From positions 64,914,001 to 64,978,000 of the forward strand of contig NC_134472.1 in the NCBI RefSeq assembly GCF_964194025.1: a stretch of DNA of 64,000 bases, given 5' to 3'. This DNA is from Convolutriloba macropyga. Its lineage: Eukaryota. Position 1 is the first letter of the stretch. Each line of letters opens with the position of its first letter. Below, one piece after another: positions 9,631 to 22,890 of the stretch. A program made the position numbers and the translations under genes. The notes under the pieces are model-generated. The model saw only the letters and a program-made list of their open reading frames with translations. It made no database searches and was not told the DNA's origin.

Positions 9631-12595
9631 TTTTGTTCCGATCCCACTTGTGGGGGGAGGAACTATATACTCAAATGGTTTTTTTTTGTTCAGTCAATTT
9701 TGGCCGATCGATATATTCATCGCAGAGAAACGTGAATGGTATCATAAAAAAGCTCGTCCAGCGTAAAATTCAAAATTAAAAAGATTTTTTGATTTTCGTA
9801 TTTTTCGAGGAGTTATCGAGGTTTAAAGTTTTGTGTGAACATGTGATATTTGTTCACTTTTAGCATGATTTTGTTTAATTTAGAGTAATTTTTGTTCAAA
9901 TAAAGGCTTTTCTATAAAATTTTTTTTACAAATTTACATTTCATGCTACAAAAAGAAACAATTTTGTGTTACTAGTAGATCAATAAAAAAGGCTAGTTCT
10001 GGTCTCGTGAGGAAGTTTATTATAAAAAAACTCGAACTCTATTTGAGAGCTGTTTTTTTGGAAAGTTTTCCCTATTTATTATTGTTTTTTTGGTCACGTA
10101 CAGACTTGTCATTTTCATATCGAGGTTCCATTAATAACAAACTTCATTTACAGTCAAATGATGCCCAATGAATGAAAAATCATTTTTAAGGCATCGCTCA
10201 TGTCTTTTATGTCTTCGACTCTGATTTTTCAAAATTTTTATTGAAATGTGATTTTCTTTTTGAGATTTTACTTAATTTTGGTAGTCCTGTTGCAGAGTTT
10301 TGACAACTAAAAATTCATTTGGTTTTCTTCTGTGCAATAGATAAACCTATATAGTGCTTTGAGGTGACAGCTAAGGGCTGTCTTGACTTTAAAAAATAAT
10401 TTTTCAAAAAATTTTCGATTAACCGACATTAAACTAATTTTCATGAATAGTAAGTCAGTCTCAGTAATGACAGCAACCCCTCCTTTTTACTGCCAGCAAA
10501 ATCTGGTAAGTGGTTTTATCTGCTAACTTTCGGTTTAATGACTTCGATAACACGAGTTTTCGTAATTTTAAAAAAAGTATGTTTTTTGTAATTTTGTTTC
10601 CTTTTGAAATATGTTCTCATTATCTTCGTATTGGCAGCTCCAATTTACTTAAAATAGACGTCCAAATGATCCTAAGTAAATTTTTCAGAGAAAAGATTAG
10701 GGTTTAAATGGCTTCGACACTTTCTTCTCAAATTTCTGCTGCATTTTTTGGTTTTTGCTTGTGTTTATTGTTATTTTCAAAACCATAGAACTTATTGTGG
10801 TGTCTTATTGATAACATATTGATGACCAACATCCATGTTCTCTCATCAAGGCATATAGTATGTTGTTTTTTTACTTCCGTTGAAAGCTCTTGAATTTAAT
10901 GGCTGTTAAGACTTTAAAAATAATTTTTAATTTAAGAGTTTTTTGGACATTATCCAATCATAAATTAGTTTTCATGAATTGTAAGTCAATCTCAGTAATG
11001 ACAGGACCTCCATATTTCCTATTGCAACTGAAACGAATCTGGCTAGTGGTTTTATCTTCTAACTATTGGTTTTTTGACATCGCTGCCACCAGTTTACATA
11101 TTTTTTTATTAATTTTTGGATATTTTTTTAAATTTTGGTTCATAGTGAAATTTTATCACATTATCTTAATATTGATGGTTTTCACTGGCTTAAAAAAGGC
11201 GTTCAATGGGTCATAGATAAAATTTTTAGAGAAAAATTTGTGGTTTCAATGGCTGCTTCACTTTCTTGCACTTTTCTGCTGAATTTTTGGTTTTTGCCTG
11301 ATTTTGTTGTTGTTTTCATAATCATAAGACCTATTTTGATGTCCTACTGAAGACATAAGAATAACAAACATCCTTATGTGCTTATTGAGGCATATTTTTC
11401 AACATTTATTGACTTCAGTTGAGAGCTATTGACTATAATGACTGTTACGACATTTAAAAAAATTTTCTGGACACCAACCATTATGAAACTTATTTTCATG
11501 AACTGTAAGTCAGTCTCAGTAACGACAGAACCCCATTCTTTTTAATTGGAATTTAAACAATCTGGTAAGCGGTTTATTCATAATTTCAAAAAAAAAATTC
11601 GGATTCTCTTTTGTGAATTTGGTTCCTTTTGAAATCTTATCTCGTTTTCCCAATATTGATAGTTCCCATTGGCTTATAGACGAAGTCCAATGGATTATAG
11701 ATTAAGTTTTCAGAGAGACTCCTATGGTTTAAATGGCTTCGACACTTTTTTACTGAATTTTTGGTTTTTGCATGTATTTGTTGTTAATTTCATAATCATA
11801 AGACTTATTGTGATGTTCTTTTGATGACTTATGATTGACAAACATCCTTTCTTTCCCATTGAGGCCTAACTTAGTTTATTTTTATCTCCCGCTAAAAGCT
11901 ATTGAATTTAACGGCGTTGATATAACGAGTTTTCTAAAAAAAATTTCGCGGTTTTTTTTTATATTTGTTCATACTTTAGCCATTTTGCCAATTAGTTCAT
12001 CATGTAGTCGTAAAATGCTGAGTGATCTCATAGGCTTCTAACTGAGGGTTGAATGAATGATATGGCTCAATGTACTCAATTTTCAGCGAATAGTATTAAA
12101 GTATACAATATTGTTCGTTCTCAAACATTTTTTGAACATTTCAGTTTTTGTTCTTTTCGTCAGCTTGTAATTTCATCTCATCGTTGAGAGGTTTCATCCA
12201 TTTTCTTGCAATTCAAAAAGTATTTTTCATTGATGTCATGTCGTCGCTCATGCTTTGTTTGTTGGACAATATGCGTTCTCATAAAATTTTGTGTGTTGTC
12301 AATATTTGTGTTTCTTTTTCTCTTCTTTTATCACATTCGCTGAAAAAATTTTGTTTTTGCTTATTTTGGCGCTTGTTTTTTTCTCGTAGTCTTTTTATTG
12401 GCAGATCTTGCGAGCACTTTAATGAGGCATCGTATTTTGCAATTCAATTAGTAGTTCGGTTTTGTAACGATTTTTTAAAACTCAAACATCTATTTTTAAT
12501 TATCTCATAATTAGTTTGAAAATTTGAGTAAAAAATGTAGATGATGTCGGGTCGGAACATCATGTGCCAACGCACATTATCGAGCATCCTTGTTT
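9631..12595 (+). mobile_element. Non-autonomous Helentron-type element (HINE/DINE-1-like), ~3 kb
   Basis: 5' subTIR TGTTCCGATCC (9634-9644) and 3' subTIR GGGTCGGAACA (12549-12559, one mismatch), followed by the hairpin ATGTGC-caac-GCACAT and a T-rich end. T-rich 5' flank and internal tandem repeats. Confidence 0.65.
10340..11940. repeat. Three diverged ~530-bp tandem units inside the HINE-like element
   Basis: CATGAA(T/C)(A/T)GTAAGTCA(G/A)TCTCAGTAA(T/C)GACAG recurs at about 10442, 10973 and 11497, with colinear flanks. Confidence 0.85.
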
Positions 12596-13929
12596 AGATT
12601 CTGTTGCATGTGTCAGTAGCAAGTGTAGCGACGTGGATAGAGTTTTCTGAGAAAATGATATGCAATTACAGTAGTTTGCATTGAAAGCAAAATTTCTCAC
12701 ATGGCGTCACCACATGTTAAGAAAAGCGGTGAAATACATTTACCATTTTTTTGACCTCTTAACCTATGAAAACAACCTTTTCTCAATGTTCACAATGATT
12801 TGAGGCAAGTAATCCCAGTCCTACAACTATGTGTAAAAATTATGTTGTCAAAATATTTGAAAAGTGTCAAAATATACCACAATATAAGAAAATAACGGTT
12901 CTCGCAAATATTATTGTCTTAGTTGTTATTTCAAACTTTTTCTATGAAAATGTAATGAATCTTTCTAGGCCATCAATTTTGCGGACACGGGAGCTGAAAA
13001 CTGAATTGAAACAGAAAATTCCAGTTAAGCTCTTACTCTTTTAATCTACTTTCGAAATATCAATCGATGTTTGTATTATGACACCGACTCATTACAATAC
13101 CCTGCTTAAACATTGGATTACAACGCTAAAAATTGAGGACACGACTGGACATAGTTTACCACCAAAGTGGATTGGGGATAAAAGCGGAAGTCTGAGCACA
13201 GAGGATATACTCTTTTGAGTCTATTTGTAATTCTCAATTATTCAACCGTAATTTTATTATCAATCCCCCAAAAAATTTGAGGATAAGAGCGGAGAAGCGG
13301 AAACCACAAAAAACAACTATTATTATCCGCTCAATTACAACCTTAATTATAAATACATTAAAAATAATTCTGGTATAATTATTGCAAATGTATATTAGAT
13401 CAGTGAATGTTTTTATGACATCTGTTCCGTACACCAAAGTTCGAATATCACTTCAGGCCCAATTACTTACGTCGTATTAATTATTTTCCATTCGTTCTAC
13501 TGTCAGGCTAGGTAAAAACTTTACACATTTATTTTACTTCCAGATTTTGATTGTTTCACAGTCATTATGGTTCCAGAAAAAAATTTTTCGCCAGATAACT
13601 CATCAAACGTTTTCAAGGCTAACATTTTGAACTTAGGGTTTTAATCCTGCACTTATATACATTCAGCATAACAGCTGATCAACGCTTAATGTCTTTAAAA
13701 TAGGAAATTTGTCGTTTGACGGAATAGACAAAACTTTGTTTTTGGAACTGATCAGCAGTTTTATAAAAAAAAATTATTACAAGACTTCAGAACAAATAAT
13801 CCCTATTTAATTAACAACAGATATCGAAGGCAGTAGACATTCGAAGCAGGGAAACGGAAACCCTGGTAATTTTTTTTGCAAATTCCAATTGTTGGCTCAA
13901 CGGTAATGGGTTTTCTAATTATCTAATTT

Positions 13930-13985
13930 TAAACATAACCGACTAAACGTCAGAAAAATTGCTCTCGAACGACTAGTGGGAGCTC
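13930..13985 (+). repeat. Short dispersed repeat; related copies near 20980-21030 and 35843-35895
   Basis: Shared pattern AAACAT(T)A(A/G)CCG(A/G)C..AA(C)GTC(A/G)GA....CTCGAAC(G/A)AC at three places, each followed within about 100 bp by a G-rich stretch. Confidence 0.55.
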
Positions 13986-15298
13986 TAATGAATTGCAGCC
14001 TACTTCAGTCGGGGGGAGGGAGGGAGGGAGGGAGGGGGAGCCTAAATGGGACTAAGAAGTTCAATAGTGCGCTTCAAATAACCACATTAGAAGTCATCAT
14101 ATAGGACTATTAAGATTTAAAGTAAAAAATGGCACCAGTTTTGGCGCACTTTTCTTTTGTTCCTTAGTATTAAGTTGCCGCCAATTGAGTTCAGCTGCTT
14201 GAAATTGTGATTGAGAGAGAATTTTAGATCACGCAAAGCGCAAAAAGTCAAAGGCGTAAAAGTCACTCGAAAAGTCAAAATTGTCAAGCAAAAATTTTGA
14301 ATAAAAAAGACACACTCGTTTACAATAATTGCTATGAACTTCGTTCAAGAGCAACTATCAAGGCAGCACCAAGTTTGCACGGTGAACTAGCCTGGTCTAT
14401 TTCTGTTAGTCAATCGAGAACTAATTTTTCATTAATACAGAAAAATAGAATCATTCTGAAATTCACAAGTTTGTAAGGCATTGCAGGTATATTTTACAGT
14501 CAGCAGCGTTCATAGTAATCTAGACCAGGGTTTCATGAGACGATTATCTGAAAGGGGCTGTTGATTGTGGCGCAAAAATTTTTTGTCCCCACATAGCGCC
14601 TGGATCTTTTACTCGTAAATGCGATGGAGGCAAGAAAAATTTGTATGAAAGACTGTCAATTGGTTTTGAGCTTTTGACACCTCTTAAGCGGTAAAAAATG
14701 AAACTCTCCGCATTTTTTACTGTCTATAGATGCATTTTCTGCAAATGTTCTACACAACTGAGTGAATACTAAAAGTCCAATTATTTTTCAAAAAATTTAA
14801 TGTTTGTTTTATGAATAGGAATTAAGATTTTAGACACAAGGAACAACTTGTTGATCAACTGCACATTAATTCGACAACATTCGCGAATTTCCCATTGACT
14901 TGGGAACTGCAAAACCAAGCTTCGTGGCCAAGTATGAAGAAACATCCAACAACGATGGCGACGTTATTATGCCTTTTTTGCGCCAGGGAAACTTTAACTT
15001 TAAAGAAGCACCAAAACAACAAAGAAGAAAGAGAAAAGGGTCTCGCAGAGGTTTTTGTCTTCGTTATTAATTTCTAAATTTTTATGTCATTATTTGTTAA
15101 AGACACGGGCATACAAAATTAGGTTTTATTAAATATTCTAGTGAACTGCGAGCTATAATAACGTTTTATATTTTACAAAAGATAAGACTCTTTCTGATAA
15201 AGGGGTTGAGGTTTGGATTTCACCACTGACATTTTAGGAAATGAATGGACGCAAATTCCCACCATTAAAAATTAGGGACATAAGAGGAAGTGCGAACA

Positions 15299-16107
15299 CC
15301 CGGGTTGATTATCATACAACAATCCCAGTAATCATACAAGGTCATATATGATCCCCGGTAATCATAGAAGGTCATATATGATTTGTATGATATCCTGGCA
15401 ATCATAAAAGGGTCATACAATTTTTATAAAGATGCTAAAACAGTCATCCCCATTTCGCCATAAGTAAGTTGAATTATGATACCAGTTCAAATTATACCGA
15501 ACAAGGTGATGAATTTTCTTGCTTATCATACAGGGTTATTAATGATATTATGATATTTATTACTAATTGTTTGAGTGAGTATTTCTTTCAGCAGAAATTT
15601 GTCATAATGTTTTTAAATTTGTATGCATTTGTAATTTTGAGGAACTTTTTGCATGAAGCAAAAACCTGGCTTCACTCCCGAGCTTAGTTCATAACTTCTT
15701 TAGTAGCTTAATAGATGTTTCCCACAATAGCGCTTATCGTTTAATTGGTGTATTTTCCCTGAATGGTGTCCCTGTTGTCATACAAGGATCATATATGATT
15801 TTCTAGTTAATATACAAAAGCATATTTGATTTCCTGGTAAGCATATTTGTATTTGATCACAAATGATTCCCCTGTATTCATACATTGTTCATAAATGGTT
15901 TCCTACTATTCATAAAGGTGTCATAATTGTCTTAACTTTTTATGATATTCTGGTTGTCGTACAAGGATCAAATTGATGTCCCGGTAATCATACAGAATCA
16001 TTGATGATTTCCTAGCAATCATACAAGGATCGTAATAAGAAATAACGTATAATTTGTATGACATCATATATGATCCTTGTATGACTACTAAGAGGTAGCA
16101 ACCCGGG
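15299..16107. mobile_element. Non-autonomous TIR element (MITE, probably CACTA/EnSpm-related), 809 bp
   Basis: Termini CCCGGGTTG...CAACCCGGG. ACA directly flanks both ends (15296-15298 and 16108-16110), a 3-bp TSD. Many internal ATCATACAAGG(A)TCATATATGA repeats. Confidence 0.8.
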
Positions 16108-16740
16108 ACAGTGGAATTGCATTTTGAGTCCACTTGTATTTCTCAATTATTGCACACTAAAATCGTCATATTTTTTATTGGAAATGTGGAACCTCGAATT
16201 ACTTTTATCTGCTCAATTAATTCCATCCTTAATCTAAGATACTTTTTGTATTATTTTTTCAAATGTGACCGAGCTTAGTGAAGTTGCGTTTGAATAGTTT
16301 GCCATCGACCAGAGTTCAAATCTCTCCGAAAGGATTAATTAATTGTCATTCTTTCAACGGCTAAGTAAGGCTTTCCACCCTTATTTCACATCTAGTTTAT
16401 AATTGTTTCACCTTCATTCCACTGGTTCCACTCTTAAAAACTGGTGAACTAAAGATGACAAGAATTTTTCCACTTTTTCCTATCTTTTCGCCAATTTTTA
16501 ATGACGGACACCCCAACCCGGCTAGTAATCCACCCAATTAGTCCAGAATCGTCTAGATAGATAAGATTAATAGCAATATCATTTTCAGTTATGATTAAAA
16601 GACGCCCAACATAGAAAGAAAGAAAGTCATTTTTCAAGTCTGACATGAAAATTTGCCTTTGAGGAAATGAAAATTTGCGGTATAAAATAAAGTTTTGCAG
16701 TAAAAAAAATTCTCTTAAAAAACGTTTCATAAAATTTAGC

Positions 16741-16930
16741 CTGATATCATATCATCTGAATTGGGTTGTTGAGAGGGTAAAGAGGATGAGGAGTGTTGAC
16801 AAAGTGTTGTGACGTAATTGTATGCCTTTCTCTCTAGGGCCTCATCCCATCTCAAGTCACTCATGCCTCCATTCTTCCTGTGCTTGTTTTGTTCATTCAA
16901 CACAGACCGCATCATCAAACTGATCGAACA
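16741..16930 (-). CDS. Exon encoding the N-terminal part of a CAP/SCP (PR-1/GAPR-1-like) domain; possibly a pseudogene
   Basis: VLNEQNKHRKNGGMSDLRWDEALERKAYNYVTTLCQHS fits the CAP start LxxHNxxRxxxxxxxLxWdxxLxxxAxxxxxxC(xxH)S, with H replaced by Q. Acceptor ttattacag at 16931. The phase-compatible donor is non-canonical (G|gctaaat). Confidence 0.55.
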
Positions 16931-16977
16931 CTGTAATAAGAGCAGCAACACAAAGTATTTTATTTCACCTGAACCTA

Positions 16978-17290
16978 ACCTTCAGTCAACAACACTTTCA
17001 ATCTAACCTTTCAGTACTGATTCGGATAAATTTCAGTCATTAAAAACATCAGTTCTGATTCAGAAAATTTTCAGTCAACCACAACATTAGTACTGATCAG
17101 TTAATTTTTAGTAAATTAAAAAATCAGTACTGATTCAGAGAACTTTCAATCAACTACAACATCAGTACTGACTCAGATAACTTTTTATCAACTACAAAAT
17201 CAGTACTCATTCAGACAGCTTCCGGTCAACTACAACATCAGTATTGATTCAGATAACCTTCAGTCAACTAAAACATCAGTACTGATTCGG
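16978..17290. repeat. ~39-bp minisatellite
   Basis: About 7-8 copies of CAGTACTGATTCAGATAACTTTCAGTCAACTACAACAT. Confidence 0.9.
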
Positions 17291-18799
17291 AAACAAATTC
17301 AGAGCAAATGAAACTTTCAGTCCAGAGTCAGTCTGTATCAGACTTTGAATTAGACAAATTGTTTGAATAAAAAAAACTGAATCAGTTTCCGAAATATGTG
17401 GCCTTCGGAAATTTATTTTGGTTCAGTTCTCAGTTTTCAGTGAAAAACACGCTATTCTTCATTAATTCTGTTTTCATTTCCACAAAGACATAATAACTTC
17501 GAGTAATCAGAGCAAATTTAGCATAATTTTAGCTTAAATTTTTTCTCGTCTTAAAGGTTATAATGGGAAAGTAAGCATGGTTTAAGGCTCTTTTTCATCT
17601 AGTGAACACAAATTTCTCCTCTGAAAATTTTAAAACCAGGATTTACTTATTTCTTATTTGTTTTTCTGACAAGGATGTAAGGAAACGCGTGAGAAGCCAA
17701 GAGTTATAAGAAATTTTTTTCCTCTTTAATTTTCCTTAAATGCTATAATCACTCTTTTTTCGAATATTTTCCTTTACGCCTATCTCTTCAACTTAGTGGG
17801 TGGATATTATTTGCAGCTCCCGTACCGCAAATGCCATATTTTTACGTAATGATTTTTTATGTAATGACACGTTCTCTGAAACTAGAGGGTGCATAATTTT
17901 TTTAACTAAAACAGCTGTTAAAAAATAGTGGTGAACCTGGATTGGCGCGATCAAAATTAAAAGAACGGCGTAGGATAGCAGCATCTTGGTTTCCGATAGT
18001 TCTTGGTACATTTTGCACAATCTTAGCTATAGAGCACTGAAGCTATAAGCGCACCCGTAATGTTGCTCACATAAATTAGCCGCAAAGTTACTGAATATTT
18101 TTTAAGGTGCAGTAAAAAAAGCGCCTTAGAACAGAACGAGCTAAAACAGAGCGTCTGAACTCAGACTCCAGGAAGTAATTTTTTGCCCTAAACTTAGTTT
18201 CCTAATTTAGGGCGTTAAGTTTATGGAAAAAAATTAGACTTAGTTAGAAATCTAACTGTGGACACTTGAGTCAATCGCTATAAATAATCGACTTTTGGTT
18301 TATATCAACTGAGGTTTGGTTTATATCAACTGCTGTATGTTTTAAAGCAGAAAGTTTTTCTTTCAATAATCTGCAAAATTGTACTGTCAACTTCAATCTC
18401 AAATGAAGTTCAACTCTTTCGTACACTTTGCTTCTCTAAAGACGTTAGAAAAAATCTTAGTCTTCTTCTCCTCTTGTCCGGCACGCGGGCACAAACGCCC
18501 TCTTGTCAGAGCATCAAGTTCATAAGGCGACAAATATTTTGTTCTTACATATACTTAGTAGAATTTAATGTGTGGTCTAATTTATGCAACTTTGTATTCA
18601 CGCCGAGAGTTGAATTAAAAAAACATCTTTCTCTTTGTCCTTCAAATATTAATCAACAACTTTGCTCCGCCACGGATTCCGGTAACTTCTTGATAGTGAT
18701 AATAACCGACGATATGGTATTATTAATGGATGATTTTGTTGCAATAACTTACCGGTTAAATGCTCCGTTAATGCCCCATTATCACTACGAAATCTGCTT

Positions 18800-19390
18800 T
18801 TTCATTAGACTACAAGTTTATCACAATCTATTATATGAACAGTGTTGTTAATCGAGTTCTACAAAATCAATATCTAATCACCGCAAAAGCGTAATAAAAA
18901 TATGCAATTGTTAAAATCGCAATGGGAGCTGTTTAAAAATATTACAGTACGGTTGTTATCGCCCTCAAGAAATTATTTAACTACCTGGCTTCGTTCCTGA
19001 GATTGATAACTTCTCGATGGCGGGAACAATCAAATGTATATATGGAGAAGTTATCAATCTGCGCAAAGACAATGAGTTCCTAATTAATATTATCACACGG
19101 TTGTTGTCGCGACCGAGAAGTAATCAAACTCCGAGGCGAAGTCGAGGTGTTATGATAATTTCGAGGGCGATAACAACCGTGTGGTAATTTTTTTACTCAA
19201 CACCTGTTGCGACCAATTCAAAATTGAACCGAGTCGAAATTATACCACATTGCAGCAAGAATTCAAATGTTAGACTACAAGTTTATCAAACTGTTTCCAT
19301 CATTAGACTACGATTTTATCACCACTCTTTTATCGCCTACTTAGTGTTAAAAGTTTAAAAGAGTGTGATAAACTCGTAGTCTAATGCTGA
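18800..19390. mobile_element. Unclassified foldback/MITE-like element with nested inverted repeats
   Basis: Perfect 18-bp inverted repeat ACGGTTGTTATCGCCCTC (18949-18966) / GAGGGCGATAACAACCGT (19163-19180). ATTAGACTAC(A/G)A.TTTATC near 18804, 19270 and 19302 and inverted near 19364. A related copy lies at about 60360-60490. Confidence 0.6.
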
Positions 19391-21094
19391 AGTGTTTTTC
19401 CAGTGTCCATCGGGCATTAAAATTTATCACATTGGCAGTTTATTTAACTGATATTATCGCAACAAGTGTTGATTAAAAATTTTCGGAAGGGCAAAAACAA
19501 CCGCGTTGTTTCAGATTAAATCTCGTTTCGATTATTGCAGTTCCATAATTACAGTTGATTAGATAATCTTGTTTCAATTTTCTTAAAAAGAACTGATGTA
19601 AAAGATAGAGAACGAGATAGTTACAGAAAATATCTCATGTTGCACTTAGAGAAACGCAAACCCGACTCGACGATTGGACGCTGAAAATTCCCCTGACTTT
19701 GATTAATTTGAAAACTGCAGTATTAAAAGGCAGCCGAAAATAAGAACAATTTTACGTAGCTGTCGCTCCCCCTACTACGTCTTACCAAATTGATTACTCC
19801 CAACTATTATTTCAAAGTACCATAAATGAGGCCAAGAAACTAGGACTGTATGAAAATTATAAAAACGGCATGAAAAATTTCTTTGAGTTTTTTTTCAATT
19901 CGAGGGATGATCCACTGTAATGAACTCACTAAAACCCAGAAATAGAACTACAACACAATTGAACAGAATTACAAAATAAGATTTGAACAAATTTGCATAA
20001 AACTAACTAGAAAACTAGATTACTAAATCAAACTAGATAAAACTAAAAATGATAGAGAACTGGAGAAAACAGAAAGAATATAAAAGACATTAGATTTAAC
20101 AAAAAAGTAATAGACAGAACAAAAATAGATAAGATAAAACTTCAGCAATTTCAGTTGCAAACCTTGTGATTAAAATTATGTAAAAGAAGGAACAGATCCT
20201 AAGATCAATTTGCAAATAATATTTTTCGACAAAAAGTTGCAAAGGCACGTTCAGGTGCTGCAAGTAGTAGTCAGCTTTTTTTAATTTTTAAACTTAACTC
20301 TTCACCGTTTTAGGCCGCTTTCTTTGAAGTTCTTGGACATTAGTCAATTCGAAAAAAAAATCGCCTATAAAGCAGGCGTGCGCGTTATAAATTATAATTA
20401 CATTGCTTCTGATAAATATTTATTTCATCTAACACGAACTGATTTAATTCTATTGTATTTCAACTGATAAAATTTTTTACGAACTCCAATTCAGGCTACT
20501 TGCTATCTGATAATGGCTTGTAAGACATTTTAAAAGAAATTTGCAATATATTACACCAAATAATTCTAATATGGCTAAGCGTGAATGTCTGATGTTTCAT
20601 AGGGACTCCAACTTGATGTGATTAATTAAGACTAAGCATGCAAGTCAAATGCACCTTCGAACGCTCAAGAAGCAGGGAAAAAATACACTAATACGTTTGA
20701 AACTGACCCATGCAATTCCGTTAAGGTTGTATTGAATTTACAGAAGTCGGAAATTTTATGTCCGTTAATGGTGCAGCAAGTAGGAAATTAATTAGTTGTT
20801 CAAAGAACAGAATGAGTATCAATTAGAAACCTGAATTGATTGAATAGTTTTAAAGGTCAGTTTGGAGGGGTACACTCAAGAGTACAGAAAACACACACCT
20901 GATTGTTATAAATGAGTGTCAGATTACCCTTCTTTGATAGTTCCCGTCAGTTCATTATTAACTCATTGACGAGATAAAAAACATTAACCGACTAACGTCG
21001 GACAAACAGCCCTCGAACAACAGGCGGGGAAACAAACAAGAGGGGGCTGTAGCAAAGAAAAGCTTTTCCTTATGGTTTCAAACAACTCCCGCTA

Positions 21095-21160
21095 AGGAGA
21101 GATTTCAAACCGCGATCCCATGAGTCACATCCTGAAGCACTTACCACTCGGCTAACAAGC
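21095..21160 (-). repeat. tRNA-derived SINE-like head
   Basis: Minus strand GCTTGTTAGCCGAGTGGTAAG...GGTTTGAAATCT has an A-box-like TAGCCGAGTGG and a B-box-like GGTTTGAAATC, but no complete cloverleaf. Confidence 0.5.
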
Positions 21161-22736
21161 GCTTATGATCTCCGAGCTTATAATCGCTTTTTCTTAAGCA
21201 ACGCAGACTAAGTTTCTTAAGCAACGCAGACTAAGTTTCTTAAAAAGTCAAGAAAAGAAATTGAAGGCATTTTCTCGACGAAAAAGGTCAATAACGAAAA
21301 AAACAGCCAGTAGAACACCGGAAACGACTAAAGACAACAAAAATAACATTTAACTAACCCTGCCTATTTAAGAAATAAAAACAGCCCAATTTTAGTTAGG
21401 GATGCTCGTAGGTGTCAGGCGTAGGTAGGTGGGAGGGGTGGGTTTGTGCGGGTAGGTTAGCGGGGGGTTACGCATATAGGGTGTATAAGGCAAGATGGGT
21501 GAGAGGATAGCTAAGAAAGGAGTGCGGTAGTTAAATTGTAAAATTCTCAAAATGACCATTTTACCTCGAGTATTATCAGTTCCTAGTCACTATACATTAC
21601 AGAATAAACCACTTAAAAGTCCAATGTTCGCAATTTTTCTTTACTACTTTCTTCTGAACAACTTGCTTCCGGTAAGAAACCTATGTAATCCATTACTTCG
21701 TTTCGTGCCGTAAAAAACGCTTGCAAAAATTGCTTCAAAAATCGTTTGAGAGCAATTAAGAAGACTGGGAAAAGATTTTACCGCTTTAGCGCCTATTTTG
21801 TCACCTGTCTCAAAATGGTTCGATTGTTTTGCGTTCAATATTGGAGTAACCTATTCGTTATTTTGTTTGCTCTGGCCCAAAAACATACGCAAAAAATTGT
21901 CAATTTCCCGCTTGATATAGAAAATTGAGGTTATTCAAACGAAAAATCAAAGTTTCAGAGAATATTTAGTAATTGCTTTTCTTGACTCAAAAATTTACAC
22001 ATATTTTTTCTAATCAATCAAAGCTGGTTGGCAAAAAATATATTGAAGAATGGCAAAAGAATTTACTTGAAGAAAGTTTGAAGTAAATTTGCTTCTTCAA
22101 CTAGACTGCTATTGACTGATGCAACTAAATTCCAAATACTCTGATAGCCTTAATTTTAAAGCATGATCGTGGAAAATAGTAACAAAATCGAGTACATTTT
22201 GCTAGCAATCTGACACTGGCCACGTAATGTTAATCTCTACCCCGAGTGCTTGAATAGAACCAACGCATTTTCAGACGTTTCCTAGACATTTAACTTAATC
22301 AGCCCAATTCTTGTGGAGAAAAAAATTCGAAACTTATGTAATACGTTAGTTTTCCTCCTTGCTTAATATGCAAAATAATACTATGACTATGCATTGATTG
22401 GAAACCTTTGCTGTACCAGTACTTCATAAAAAAAAATGCTCGGTTCCTTGTCTCTCAAATAAAATATAGCAATGATGGAAAACAAATATCTATGCTACTT
22501 GAATTAAAGCAGCTACAAAAATAAAACATTCTTCAAGCTCTAATTTTTTTGTACAAATTGCAGTTTGTTTTCAATTTAAGTATAAAAGACGAATTCACGA
22601 TATTAACAGTACAATTGAGTGAAAATAATTCATTCATTGCTCATATATAAACATAAGTTAGAGATCAGTGATTCGCTAAACTATTATTTTGTGAAGCTAA
22701 ACAGAGATATCCAGCAGCTCTATTTAAACATTTGTG

Positions 22737-22890
22737 TCAAGTAGGTCTCTCGTTAGAATGTTCTAGATGTAAGAAGAGTTCAGATCTCAAGCACGAAAAG
22801 CTAACAAAGTAGTCTTCACTTAAGAGATATAGCAACAAAAGAAGCGTCAAAAACAACATGGACAGCATCAAAAGTTTTCTAAACCAGTGA
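22737..22890 (-). other. C-terminal transmembrane helix plus 27-aa KASH-like luminal peptide
   Basis: The single strongly hydrophobic helix is preceded by RK and followed by SEDY...SC...LEHSNERPT. Compare vertebrate nesprin tails of the form SEEDYSC...LRYTNGPPP(T/L). PPPx is replaced by ERPT. Confidence 0.6.
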
